Shown piece by piece: positions 11,701 through 24,269 of a stretch of 64,000 nt of DNA (position 1 is its first letter; every line of letters begins with the position of its first letter). The notes beneath the pieces are model-generated. The model saw nothing but the letters and a program-made list of their open reading frames with translations, had not been told where the DNA came from and ran no database searches. The stretch spans positions 1,283,541 through 1,347,540 of the forward strand of contig MU062665.1 in assembly GCA_013265495.1 (NCBI GenBank). Direction: 5' to 3'. Made by a program: the position numbers and the translations under genes. The DNA comes from Vicugna vicugna (lineage: Eukaryota).

Positions 11701-13406
11701 TTTTTGTTTGCTTGTTGATTTTTCTCCTTTTTCTCTTTGAAAATATTAAATGTATTTATTTAATATTTCTAACCCAGACTTCTACATTCTGGCAAGCATT
11801 TGCTGGTCAACTTCTCCCTTGGATTGTGTGGGATGATTTTACCTACATTATAGAGTTGTGAGTATGAAATTAGATAATACAAAATTTTTCTCAGACCAGT
11901 GGTTGGCACGTACAATTAACTTATTTTTTAAACACTATTCTCAAGTCATTTGACTATGTTCCTTTCTTTGATTCTCATTGGTATCCCCATCCTAACCCTT
12001 CTATTTTCAGCCATCTATGACTTTAAAAAGAAAGAAACAAAAATACACGTGTCATTCATTCCTTCTCCCAAATGTTTTCCTCTTCCATTTTCTGATGGCC
12101 TCTGACTAGAGATTCCACAACATCTTTCAAAATCAGAAAGTGTCTACTTGTATATCTCCCAGTTGACTAAGAGCAGTTTTTCTTAATATTCTACATTTAT
12201 TTAACGGAAGCCTAAACTGACTTCCCGTGTTGATAAATTGACTCACCACATCTAGTTGCTGCAGTGAATTACTCTTCATCATTTTTCTCAGTCATGCAAT
12301 TACCTTTATTGAGTTATTGCATGTAAAATGCTAGAACACTGTGCCATGTACATACTGAGTTTTCAGTAAAGTTGGCTGCTAATATTATTAATATCTTCAT
12401 CTTTTTAAAAAGAGAATGATGATTAAAACTGATGTTATTCTTTAAATATCTTATTCTACTAAGGTAACAACTAGATGTTCTCTTTCTTTGCCAGAGAGTA
12501 TAATGAGAAGAGTGACTTGAGGGTTTCTGTCTTTAACATTTAAAAGAGATACAAGGAAAACTTTCTATAGATTTTTAAGGACTGTAAATATAGAACTGTT
12601 CTCAAAGGTAATAAGACTGACTACATAAAAATCAAATCCCTCCTAATCCCATGGCTCATTCTAGTATTTGGTAAATGTAAGCTTGTAATCTGCCCTAAGG
12701 AAGTATTCTGAAATACACAAAAAATGTTTTGAGCATAAAAATATCCAAAATATCTTTCTATTTATACATCTTTAAAACTTAGAAATAGCTTATGCAGTTA
12801 TTCAAATGATATTTAAAGACTAAAACAAAACACGAAAATGTTAGCACTGTCGAAAGAAAAAGATGGGATGATAAACTGTACAGAGTGTTAACTCAAATAC
12901 TGGAATAGTACATAGAAAAAAAGACTGAAAGGAAATTACCAAAATATTGACTGTGGTTGGCTTAGAGTGATCTTTTTCTATATATTTTCCTGTATTTTCA
13001 TTTTCTACAATGATACAAATTGCTTGAGTAATCAAGGAAATAGAAAAAAAAAACTCAACGGGCTAGTATTAGCCACATGACTTAACTTACAAGTTGTTCA
13101 AATCAATTGAGGTAGAGTATGTGAAAGCATGTTGTAAACTACAAAATAGTAAGGTAAATTATTGTTATTACCAATAACTGAGGGGTAATATAATTCATCT
13201 TTTGAACTCTCATACGGAGAGCTATCTTTTCGGTCAATTTCATCTAATTTATTTTTGTCAATACAGATGGGGTTCCAAAACACTTAGAAAATATCCCTGA
13301 AGATGAGAAACTGTATTATCTGCTTAGTTATTGTTTTGAACTATTACAGTGATGATAATAAACAAAACCCTTTAACCTAATTTTTACCTCCTGTTCTCAC
13401 ACCCAG

Positions 13407-13487
13407 GCAGCAGCATCATTCCCCTCCCCCAGAAAGATAGAACTACTGAGATTTAAAACATAGTTTTACAACAGCTTTCTCTAAAAG
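13407..13487 (+). ncRNA. Candidate non-coding internal exon (81 nt) of a divergent transcript
   Basis: Branch-like CCTAAT about 27 nt upstream, pyrimidine tract, CCAG| acceptor, AAG|GTGAGT donor; stops in all three frames. Confidence 0.4.
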
Positions 13488-16396
13488 GTGAGTCAGGTAT
13501 ATCATGGGCAAAGAAAATATCAAAATTCACACAAGGAAATGTATACCTATTAAGCAACACATTAACTGCGACTGATTTCATATGTAAATTGCCTGTAATT
13601 TGAATGCAATTTTCTAAAATTTTTTAATGTGAGTAGCTCCAAAAGTTCTTTGGTGTTTAATAACATATGCTATTATGAAGACAGTTGTTAAAGTGCAGAT
13701 GTTTTGTTCAGTGCCTGACCCATTAATATACTGCCTGAGAGAATATTATTACGACTGAAGGTAACTATTTTGGGACCTTCTGGCTTCCCTCCTTCTCAGC
13801 ACCAGTTATGTATCTGATACTTTGGTAGGCAGTGGAGATCCAGCTGTGAACAGGCCAGATACAGACTCATCCTTGGGTTGTATGGAGTCTAGTCCCATGT
13901 CTTTGAGTGTCTAATGTGAACCCAATCCTATTCTGAGAATTTTAGGGTTCCCAAAGAAAAAGATATTCCACATGCTTGAAGAGTTTTTGAGTTCTTATCC
14001 TCTTGAATGTTATTTTCTTGACAACTGCATAACAGCTTATGTTGACCACCTACCTGGCTTCCCAAGGAGAGGAACTGAGAACAGCCAGAGTCAGGCAGCT
14101 TCTTTCCATCCAAGACCAGAAGCCCATCTAAACTGAGGAAAATCCAGGGGTCAGAAAATTGGCTTAAAATAAAAGATACTAATTCTGCCATGGAGTTTAG
14201 AACTGTGATGTATTCAATCATATCATTTTTGAATAAGCTAATGCCGTTTTGCCGTATTTTCTTATAGTCATTTCAAATATGCAGACACATGGGATATTTA
14301 AATTCTGAAGAGATGACAAGCAGCATAAATGAACATGATAGTAGCAAAATCATTAGAGGCTGTTCTTTAATTTGTGCAGATTTAATGTCCTCTGATGGGG
14401 TCTCCCATTTATTGAGAAGAAGAATTTATAGGATTTACAGTGTGAGATTTCCAAAATCTCACAATGGAAAAGTAAATATTTATATTAATTTTATAAAATC
14501 TTGCATTCAATCTTTGTATAGTTTTATGAAACTTCAAGATAGGAGTCTATCATAAGAGGACACTTCTGTGGACACTCCAATACAAATAAAACAATTCTGA
14601 AGCAGGTTTATTAATGGTACAGCTATTTCAGAAGTCATGTTCGAATGTGATTTTAGAATAGTCAGTTTAGAATACAGTAATTCATTATTATGGGTGAAGA
14701 ACATGAGGGAAACACCGTGTAACAACAAATCAAGTTATTTGGGGGAGAGAGGGCTTGCCTTTAGTGAAGTTAGACACTCTACTTTGCATTTATTAAACCC
14801 CTATCTTTCTGCCCTACCAGTCCTTCCCTTCAGTCACCACCCTACCCCAATGTGTTTCCCTGATCCTTTTCCTGTACTGTAGAGAATTTTGTTAAAATAG
14901 TATTCCCAGAGAAAGTCATACCACTGTGTGTACCCCTGGCCCACTGCAAAATCAATCTGTCCTACTCCATCCAACTGGGTTCTCATTGCTGCTCGACAGT
15001 CTTGATATTGATCTTCCATTTATTCCCCAGCACACCTCCTTGAGAAGATGCTTCAGATCACTCTGCTCACACATCTAATTCACTCCTTACCCTTTCCATT
15101 AGCACCAGATAATAAGCTTCCTACTCTATAGAGAAATTCACAGATAACTGGTTATGCTTTCTCATTTTTCCTTGTTTCTACCTTAAAGCAGCAAAATTTT
15201 GTTGAGTATCAATCAAGTGCCAGGCACTGTGCTTGGGCAATGGTATGCCAATAATGATGTCGCTGGCTGATCTTTGTAAGCACCATACCCAGCACAGTTC
15301 CTGGCACATAGTAGATGCTCAATAAATGTTGGAATGAACGTATGTATTGATGAAAAGATAGGTCTAAAGGTGAAGATACTTTAGGAGGTATATCCTAAGG
15401 AATAGCATTCAAGAAGAGGGGGAAAGTAAGAATGCACACAATAGATACTCTGACCTTAGTCTTCTTAGTAAAGAAGGATGATTCCTATCTCCAAGGAAGA
15501 GGTGTTTTTTTATTTCAAAGGCTAAACTCCCCATACCATTCCTTTCCATTTCCTCTGTGAACTTGGTTCAACTCTCCCAAAGGAGGAAAACTTCACTATA
15601 CCTAAAGACACTTCTCCCTGCCAAATCCCACCACCATTATCAACAAAACTAAAATTCTGACTCTGCTGACTTTTCAAATGCCCTATTTTCATACTTAATG
15701 AAGTGGTCTGCAATTGCTACAGTGCATTCATTTCCTTGCCACCCATACTGCTCCCTTGTGTTCATTTTAGCCGTTTCATTACTCTTATCTATACCAGCGG
15801 AAACCTCACCTATTTTTCAAGACTGAGCTTAAGACTTACCTCTGCCACCAAGCCTTCTCTGGCCTCTGTAACTGGTAGCTTCCTTGAGAGAGCCAGCATT
15901 GTCTATGCTGCTACTAGGCAGGTTAGGACATATAATTCAATAAATATTGGTTGAATGAGCATTGATGAATTGAATACCTTAAAATGGGGATGACAAAAGA
16001 AAAAATGGTTAAAGCTATCTTTTTACAAAATAAACTTTTTTTTCTGTAACAACTCTAAAACACAGTTCATTTTAAATGCTATTTCTATTCATGTCTTGTC
16101 ACTTGAATGAATGAAATTACCAGCAATTTGGCTAGTTTCAATCTTTAGCTACAGGATGTTGTTAGAAATGGTAACAGTGATATAGCCTTAGTACTCTTCC
16201 TCTACTGTGGGAGGAAACTAATGCCTTAATATCACATGTTTTACTAAAGTCTCGATTTCTCCAGTGAAACTTGAAGGGAACTGCAAGTTTCTGGCGTCTC
16301 AGCCAATTCCAACGTGGATTAGTTAGACTAGAGATGGGGATTTCTGGTTAACTTTCAAATGGTTCTGATGTTTCTTCATTTTGTCATGTTTTTCAG

Positions 16397-16491
16397 GTGT
16401 TACTGGTTATCACTGTACTTTATCAAACAGCATCTCCATTTCAACTGAGAATGAAGAGGTTCTTGGACAAAGAATCTGAAAAAAAAATCAG
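16397..16491 (+). ncRNA. Candidate exon (95 nt)
   Basis: tttcttcattttgtcatgtttttcag| acceptor, CAG|GTACAT donor; one frame open, with ATG at 16451. Confidence 0.3.
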
Positions 16492-17526
16492 GTACATAAT
16501 AAAGTCATGGATGGTTCTCGGAATGTGCTAAAATGAAATGCTGCATCTAAGTGCAATGTAAGTGCACGTCTTAGCCATATAAGATCATTACCATAAAGTA
16601 ATCATCATGATTAAAAAAACTCTGATTGAATCATTATTCTTTCCAAAAGATTGGAATTCTAAGAATACTTCTCAGAAGCTCTCAAACTTAATATGGAGCA
16701 GGAAATATTGCAATGAGTCCTCAAGAGTGAGAAATAAAAAACAGTTGTGCCATTCTTTCATTATACTTTTTAATCATTTCATTATTCATAACTCTATACA
16801 GTACTTATGTGTGGTGAAGAATGTAGTCATAGGGGAATGTATCTGTCAGCATATTGATATATAAAAAAGAATAAAAGTGAAAACAAAGTAAGCAGACTCT
16901 GCAGCCTTATCTTTCATATTTAAAACTTTATATATATATTCCTTTTTTGAAACAAAAATAAGACATTTTAGAAAGAAATACAAATAAATGTTTTTAAATG
17001 TACATTTATGCCACAGCGAGGTAAAAACAACTCAAGTAGATTAGTAAAGCCAGATCTGTGATTTCTTATTTTGACTCCCTGGACAACATCAACAGCAAAA
17101 TAATGCCAAAACCTGCATAAAATTTTGCAGCTGCACCTACAAGGACACAGATGATACTTTAATATTCAATCAGAAACATTACATATCTAAAAGTGATAGA
17201 AATCTACCACTAAACTTTGTGGTGGTGAAGATTTTACTAGAGTCTGCGATCGGTGTACAAGTTCAAAATTTCAGAATAATGTGCAGCATTTGAAGGTAAA
17301 ATGGATACCAAAGAGGAGAAAAGAAAAAAAATGTAAATAACACAACAAGATGTTTGAAGGCTCCATAGACCTTGATTCTTCACCCATCAGTTTAAGAAAT
17401 GAAATAACATACACTTCTGGATCATTTTTGAAGCTGCTTTAATTTAGCCACTCATTGTGTTTTTTTTTTTTCCAGTCTTCTCATAACTTGACATCCTGAG
17501 CCCCATCACGACCTTAGTGAGCTATT

Positions 17527-17890
17527 ACATCAGGCAGTATGGGATAGGCTATGCTGCAGTAATAAAACATAGCTGTTTGAGACACGTTTGCCTGTTACTC
17601 TTTTTACATGTACAGCATGAACTGGCTGGGGATCTGCTATACATTATCCTCATTTGAAGACCCTGGGTGAGGATAGGGCTCTACCTCCATTCTTCCAAAT
17701 TACTGTAGAAAGGGAAAGAGAAAATGGCAAATAACACAAACTTTTAAAGCTTCTCCCTAGAAGTGATATTTGTCACTTCTGATCACATTTATTGACTAAA
17801 GCAAATCATATGGCCATGCTAACTTCAAATGGGGCCACAGGCAATCCCCTCATGTGCTCAGAAGGACAAAAGCCAAAAAGATTTGGTGCA
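17527..17890 (-). mobile_element. MaLR LTR (MLT1J/K-like)
   Basis: ggctatgctgcagtaataaaaca...gtcacttctgatcacatttattgactaaagcaaatcatatggcc matches old MLT1 consensus in antisense. Confidence 0.7.
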
Positions 17891-18099
17891 GTAATGGGTT
17901 TCACAGCCACTTAGAAAAGACTGGAGATGGCAACTCTTTAAACTCATTCTCTGTTCAAGCCAGATTTGGGTGTGGATTCCTCTTCTGTTTGTAGAACTAA
18001 AAGGATATCAATGGATAATAACTTTCTTTAGGGACTAAATGTGAGAGAATATTACATGAAGCATAAGGATAAACTGTTTTACTCTTCACTCATTTGTCT

Positions 18100-18560
18100 A
18101 TGGGTTCATGGTCTTCTTTTGCCCCCAAGGAGGCTATAATTTGGAGAAAATTTTTGAAAAAGGGAAAAATGATAGGTCTAGTTCCCATGAAACAACTGCA
18201 GGGTGAGGCAGACTATCATATCATTCAAGTGAGTGGTGACAGGCCACATAAGAAAGTAATCAGGGCAGATAAAATGAAGTTAAAGATCAGTGTTGAGTGG
18301 AGTGAGTTAAGAGAATTTCCTTGGAGAATGTATACCATTAGATGAACATGGAATATTAGATTGACAGAAAGAAGCAAAGAGGGTATTTCTCGTAAAAAAC
18401 AAAGCAACTAAGAGGTCAGACATGGGAATGAGGAAGGAAGAAGCAGAGGTGAGGTTTGTTCAGCCAGAGTGAAGGGTGAGATGAGGGGTTGAAGTGGCAC
18501 GTTAGGATCAGTCTCCTATGAACTTGAACACCCAGCTAAAACATATATAGTTGACCTGAT
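18100..18560 (-). mobile_element. L2 fragment
   Basis: Purine-rich antisense L2 motifs (aggaggctataatttggagaaaat...gagaaactgg). Confidence 0.55.
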
Positions 18561-19062
18561 GGGCAGCAGTGAGAAACTGGATTCAGCCAAATAATAAAAG
18601 AGTGTTTTAAGTGTTTGAGTTTTTAGGATACATCTACAGAAGAAATTCCTAACAGGTTATGTTTTGCCACAAAAAAAAAATCTTGAGAAAGCTGACTACC
18701 AACAGGGTTCCTCTTAGACCTGAAGGAATTTCAATCTGTTTGGGGAGATAAACTGTGCCTTTAAGGTAAAAGTAGTTTTTAGTTAAAATGTATAAATTTT
18801 GTCACTGATGGAAACTCTTTCCCTAAGTAAAACAATAAATAAAACTCTAATTCAACTATCCAAAAAAGTTTTGGTTATTCTACCTGGAGACAAGAGGTTG
18901 ATTTAACTTATGTTACAATGATTAAATACGTACACACACACACATATAATAAAATGTAACTGTGTATATATGCACCTAATAAAAGAGCATATTGTTTTCA
19001 AATCATCTATAAATAGAAATATACTGTGTTCTGGTAATTAAAACATGAAACATGGTTTCATA

Positions 19063-19270
19063 GGAAAAGCATGATCTTTAGATGGAGACAGATCTGTGTT
19101 CAAATTCAAACTCTGCAACCTAGTAGAGAATACAGACGGTTAAACTACTGTATCTTGCAGCCTGTTTCCCCACCTGTAAAATAGTGGTAATAACTGTCTG
19201 CCTCAGAGAGCTGTTACAATTAAATGATAAAACATATAGAAAGTCCCTAGCCTGTAAAAGGCATGGTAGC
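19063..19270 (+). mobile_element. MIR SINE
   Basis: MIR core: gttcaaattcaaactctgc...cctgtttccccacctgtaaaat...taaatgataa. Confidence 0.75.
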
Positions 19271-19538
19271 AAGAACGGCAATGACTATACGTAAGCAGTT
19301 ACTAACTATTGAATTGAATTAAATTTAAGGCAGGTTTCCTGTATTTGTACTTGCAAGGGTTATGAAATGAATAACTTAATTTATTAACAATTTACTCACT
19401 AAAACTAACCCCATAATTATTTAATTTTTATTCTAGAAATAAAAAGAAGAAAGATGAAAATAACTTTTGATTCAGAGAATACAGTGTTTTATTTCTAAAA
19501 TGTTCATGATCTTTGATTGGTTTTATTCCACTTAGCAG

Positions 19539-19634
19539 GTGCTCTCTCTTCCTACCCCAAGGGCAGAAACTCTCAGCAATGACTACTCCCCCCGAACTGT
19601 TTCCGGAGAGCAATGCACTCTATTTTACAGACGA
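19539..19634 (+). ncRNA. Candidate exon (96 nt; NAGNAG acceptor, alternative start 19536)
   Basis: ggttttattccacTAGCAG-type acceptor, CGA|GTAAGC donor. Confidence 0.3.
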
Positions 19635-20222
19635 GTAAGCTATATGAACTAAGTAGCACTCAAGAAGTCAGTTGAAATATTAGTATCTTAACTTACGGCA
19701 TTTGGTTTATAGATTTTGTTCTTCTCAGTAACTTTATAGTATGATGTAGCTTTGTAGGTATGGTTATGAGTGTGTCGATCTTCAGATTGTATCCCAAGGA
19801 CCATATTTAGTCAATCTAAGGTCCCTGAAGATTTAATTACTTTCGCAAACTGTATTCCTGCTTCTTTCCTCATATCTACTCTATATTTTGAGGACAGGGG
19901 ATCTGAGAGCATGGTCATCAGTAAAATGAAAATGAAGAAATAAAATAGAAATTCATATTTAACAACCTTAAGATAGTAATTATATTTCAAATTTTAATTT
20001 GAAAATATCTTATTAAATATTAATTTAATTTTTAATTTAAAATGTTCTCTAATATGCTAATGAGGCCATTGGCTTAATGGAGTATTGAGGTCTGATACTT
20101 CCTCTGACTGGGCAGATCAGCAGTGTGCTAACATCAGCTAATGTCCTTAGTCTAAGCAATTACAAAGAAATGAACAACAGAAATTCATTCTCCTGAAGTA
20201 TTTATTTTGGTGGTTTCTCAAG

Positions 20223-20385
20223 AGATGGCCCAGAGTTTCTGCTTTCCTGGAGAATCCTCCACCCAATAACCACTTTCAAATTATTGATCACAGATCTTGA
20301 AATGGAATGGGTATGTGCGTGCATGTGTGTAGAAAAAAAATGCCTAAGGTGACAAAGCCAATTCTTTGTGACTCAGTTGGACCAG
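20223..20385 (+). ncRNA. Candidate exon with two possible donors (20310 or 20385)
   Basis: tttattttggtggtttctcaag| acceptor; TGG|GTATGT at 20310 and consensus CAG|GTAAGT at 20385. Confidence 0.3.
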
Positions 20386-20728
20386 GTAAGTATTTCAGCA
20401 TGAATGTGTGAAGGGGCTTGGGTGCAAATATATTTGACAAGCCACTGACAAAAAAAGACCTTTGTAATTAGATATGAGAGCTCCTATGTCACATAAACAA
20501 ACAAACAAAAACTACCCTCGCTAAAAAAGAAAAAAATTAGAAGAGGAAAGGGAAAAAATCCCACCACAGCTTAAATGATAGGTTTGGTAAATGCTCTGCT
20601 GTTTTATATTTTTTTAGTTGAAACTACAGTTTCCTTTTTCTTCTTTCTACTTTTAGACACACAGCCCAGAAGATGGACATTTGGCGAGCCATAATAGACT
20701 GCTCCTTTCCCAGGTATCTCCTGCTTGT

Positions 20729-21597
20729 NNNNNNNNNNNNNNNNNNNNNNNNNNNNNNNNNNNNNNNNNNNNNNNNNNNNNNNNNNNNNNNNNNNNNNNN
20801 NNNNNNNNNNNNNNNNNNNNNNNNNNNNNNNNNNNNNNNNNNNNNNNNNNNNNNNNNNNNNNNNNNNNNNNNNNNNNNNNNNNNNNNNNNNNNNNNNNNN
20901 NNNNNNNNNNNNNNNNNNNNNNNNNNNNNNNNNNNNNNNNNNNNNNNNNNNNNNNNNNNNNNNNNNNNNNNNNNNNNNNNNNNNNNNNNNNNNNNNNNNN
21001 NNNNNNNNNNNNNNNNNNNNNNNNNNNNNNNNNNNNNNNNNNNNNNNNNNNNNNNNNNNNNNNNNNNNNNNNNNNNNNNNNNNNNNNNNNNNNNNNNNNN
21101 NNNNNNNNNNNNNNNNNNNNNNNNGAGGGNNNNNNNNNNNNNNNNNNNNNNNNNNNNNNNNNNNNNNNNNNNNNNNNNNNNNNNNNNNNNNNNNNNNNNN
21201 NNNNNNNNNNNNNNNNNNNNNNNNNNNNNNNNNNNNNNNNNNNNNNNNNNNNNNNNNNNNNNNNNNNNNNNNNNNNNNNNNNNNNNNNNNNNNNNNNNNN
21301 NNNNNNNNNNNNNNNNNNNNNNNNNNNNNNNNNNNNNNNNNNNNNNNNNNNNNNNNNNNNNNNNNNNNNNNNNNNNNNNNNNNNNNNNNNNNNNNNNNNN
21401 NNNNNNNNNNNNNNNNNNNNNNNNNNNNNNNNNNNNNNNNNNNNNNNNNNNNNNNNNNNNNNNNNNNNNNNNNNNNNNNNNNNNNNNNNNNNNNNNNNNN
21501 NNNNNNNNNNNNNNNNNNNNNNNNNNNNNNNNNNNNNNNNNNNNNNNNNNNNNNNNNNNNNNNNNNNNNNNNNNNNNNNNNNNNNNNNNNNNNNNNN
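20729..21597. other. N-run with an isolated 5-bp island (gaggg, 21125-21129)
   Basis: Directly visible. Other N-runs: 34137-34332, 35777-35932, 40801-41012, 44259-44414, 44816-45003, 60963-61285. Confidence 0.99.
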
Positions 21598-24269
21598 TGG
21601 AATATAATGCAGAGAGTCTTATGTAAATACTCTTAAATGATGGGCTGATTTTCAGAAGGCGCCTGAGCACTGCACCAACTCACTTAATGAAAGTTAAATA
21701 GATAGCAGTGGGGTATCTGTATTTACTTTGGTTCCTGCTTTATTGCAAGTCCTCCAGAAGTGAAGGGCAGATGGTAAGGCAGTAAACTAGGTGAACAAAA
21801 TACACTGGACTTGGATAAGGGCTTGTTGTGTTCACAGTACTTCCCTTGAATTTGTGTAGGTGATTCAAATTACTAAAGTGATAGAGAGGGCAAAACCATG
21901 CCTGAGGATACAGACTCCTGGGCAAAGCCAACAGATAAAAAATAAATTCAATTTAGAGTCTATGTCTGCAGTAGAAATATAATTGGACAATAGGATAGGC
22001 AAGAGGGATGTCACTTTAAAATCATGACAATTGTTCTGCTCTGTTCCATTCTTTTGGGAGATTTATAGTTGATCTAACCTTTTGTTGCCACATTGGATCA
22101 CAGCAAATGAGACCTATTAAAATCTTATTACAAAATACCGAGTAAGATATGACAAATGTGAACTTGTTACACGCGTTCCACTCTGGAATCAACACTGTTT
22201 ACTTTAAATCTAATTCAGAGCTAACAAAGCAAAGGCAGTGCACTTAATTATAATCCCCCCAATCAGCTTCGGGTTCTCATTTTGGCAGGTTACCATTTAT
22301 GTACATCTAACAGCAAACCCTGTAGGGTGCTGTCAGCAATTAAATAGGACTTAAAGGAGTTTAATGTTCATTTAACATTGATTCAATCAATGGTTGAGCA
22401 CTGATATGAGCAAGGCACTGTTAAGTCCAGCAGTGAAATCTACAACAGGAAAGAGGACATAGTGTCTGTCCCCAGAGTGCTGACCATCTATTCACAAAAA
22501 CAATGTCCCTTGAGGCTCTTTTGAAGATTTCTGCCAATTTTCATTTAGATCAGATATATTCATATTTTTTCATACAGGAAAAAATTGTGAAATAGTGGGA
22601 AAAGTCACACAGAAATCATCACAAAAGAGCACAAGTAAGCTGCCAATTGTTTTCTTACAGTACTGAATAAAGCCTCAATTAATTTCTTCTTTCTTATATA
22701 AATGTAGTATTTATTACAGAACATTTAGGAAACACATATAAGATTAAAAAAGGAAATAATCCATAATTCCACTACTTAGACAACATTATTAATATTTGGT
22801 GTATCTCATATTTATTCTTCATTCTTCATTTATATGCATATAAAATGTATGTGTACACTTTAAATTACAGGATTATACTAGTTTGTAAATATCTTTTAAA
22901 GCAAATCTTATAATGTATTTAGAATATCTTTTTATATTATATATTCTTCCACAACATAATTTTTTACTGTTTACATAATATTCTAGTTCATGGATACTTT
23001 ATTTTTTAATTTACTATTAATGTACATTTAGCTTATTTCCAGTTTTTTGCTGCTATAAACCACACTGTAATGAACACTCTGGTAACTAGTTTTTCTTTTT
23101 TCCTAAATCCTTGATTATTTGCTCACTCCTGGTAGTGGAAATGCTGGACCTGGTGCAATGTTAATTAAAGATACAGATTTTAAGACATTTGCCATAGAAA
23201 AGAAAAATGTATTTTGTATGATATTCTTTATTGCTTTTATCTAGGTATGAGATTTCAGTTGTTGAGAGAACTTAAAGTAAAAAATCAAGAGTTTAGTTTA
23301 AAGTGCTAAATTGTGAATAAAACAAGATATTTCCATCTAACTAGGAAATTGATCGGCTATTATCTGATTAGTAAACAGCCATAAGGTAGCTTCTGTAAGC
23401 CATGTGATTTTCTGTATAAACAGGATCTATACAATGAACTATAAATATGCAGTGCCTGGCAGCACAGTGTGAATATCCAAGGTACTGGGGCCATTATTTA
23501 AGCCTTTATGTGGAAAGAGTTCTGGTATATATTTAAACATATATACATAAAGAGAGAGTGTTCTGGTGAACATCGAAATATTGTGTATATACACATTAAC
23601 TGGTACTGTGGCTATAATACCATGAATTTAAATAAAGAGCGAAAAGGCCATTAGTCTTCGATTGCCTCCAATTTAAGCCATCCAATTTCAGTTGGCCTTC
23701 ACTGTGGCTTAGAAATCTTTTGGTACATCAGTTTTTACCATGCTTCCCATAATGATTATTACAAGCCTTCCCTCTCCCTCAAGCTAATCCAAAAAGACTC
23801 AGAAGAATCAGAGAGAGATTAAAGGCTCTAATTTCTATGCTTTGCATTGATAGCAAAATAATGTATATTTTACTTTAATTCAAAATTAGGGATAATAAGG
23901 GATCCTGTAGATCTTTAGCTGTTTTCCAAGTACTGTAACTGTAACCATTAAACCTAAGGAAGTGGGAGAAGTTAAATGACCAAACTAACCCTTCATCGAA
24001 CCCTCACTGAGAGCTGAGACATCCCTGCTTTGGAATATTTTCAGTTAAGTGTCTATGTCCTACCTTAGTAGTGCATTCCATAATTTAATAAAGTCTCTTA
24101 AGTTATTTCACATAGTAAACATAAATTGCCTGATATTTGGCATTGCTACAGCAGCCTGTCTGGACTACCTGTCTACCTGCTTTTGGGGGAACCACTTCTC
24201 TTCCACCTGTAGATATTAGTGGATTTTAACAGCTGGGTGTGGTCATGGAAAGAGTAACTGTAGGCACAC

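Noticed and set aside
14834-15019. Protein-looking 61-aa minus ORF (MEDQYQDCRAAM...)
   Set aside because: No recognisable homolog, no convincing splice or promoter context, and length within chance expectation.
17040-17145. Possible minus-strand exon encoding a hydrophobic tail (GAAAKFYAGFGIILLLML)
   Set aside because: Acceptor-like site only; no partner exons or donor.
20624-21670. Long ORFs of 300-348 aa in the track, and similar ones at 34.1, 35.7, 40.8, 44.1-45.4 and 60.8 kb
   Set aside because: They are open only because they cross N-runs.
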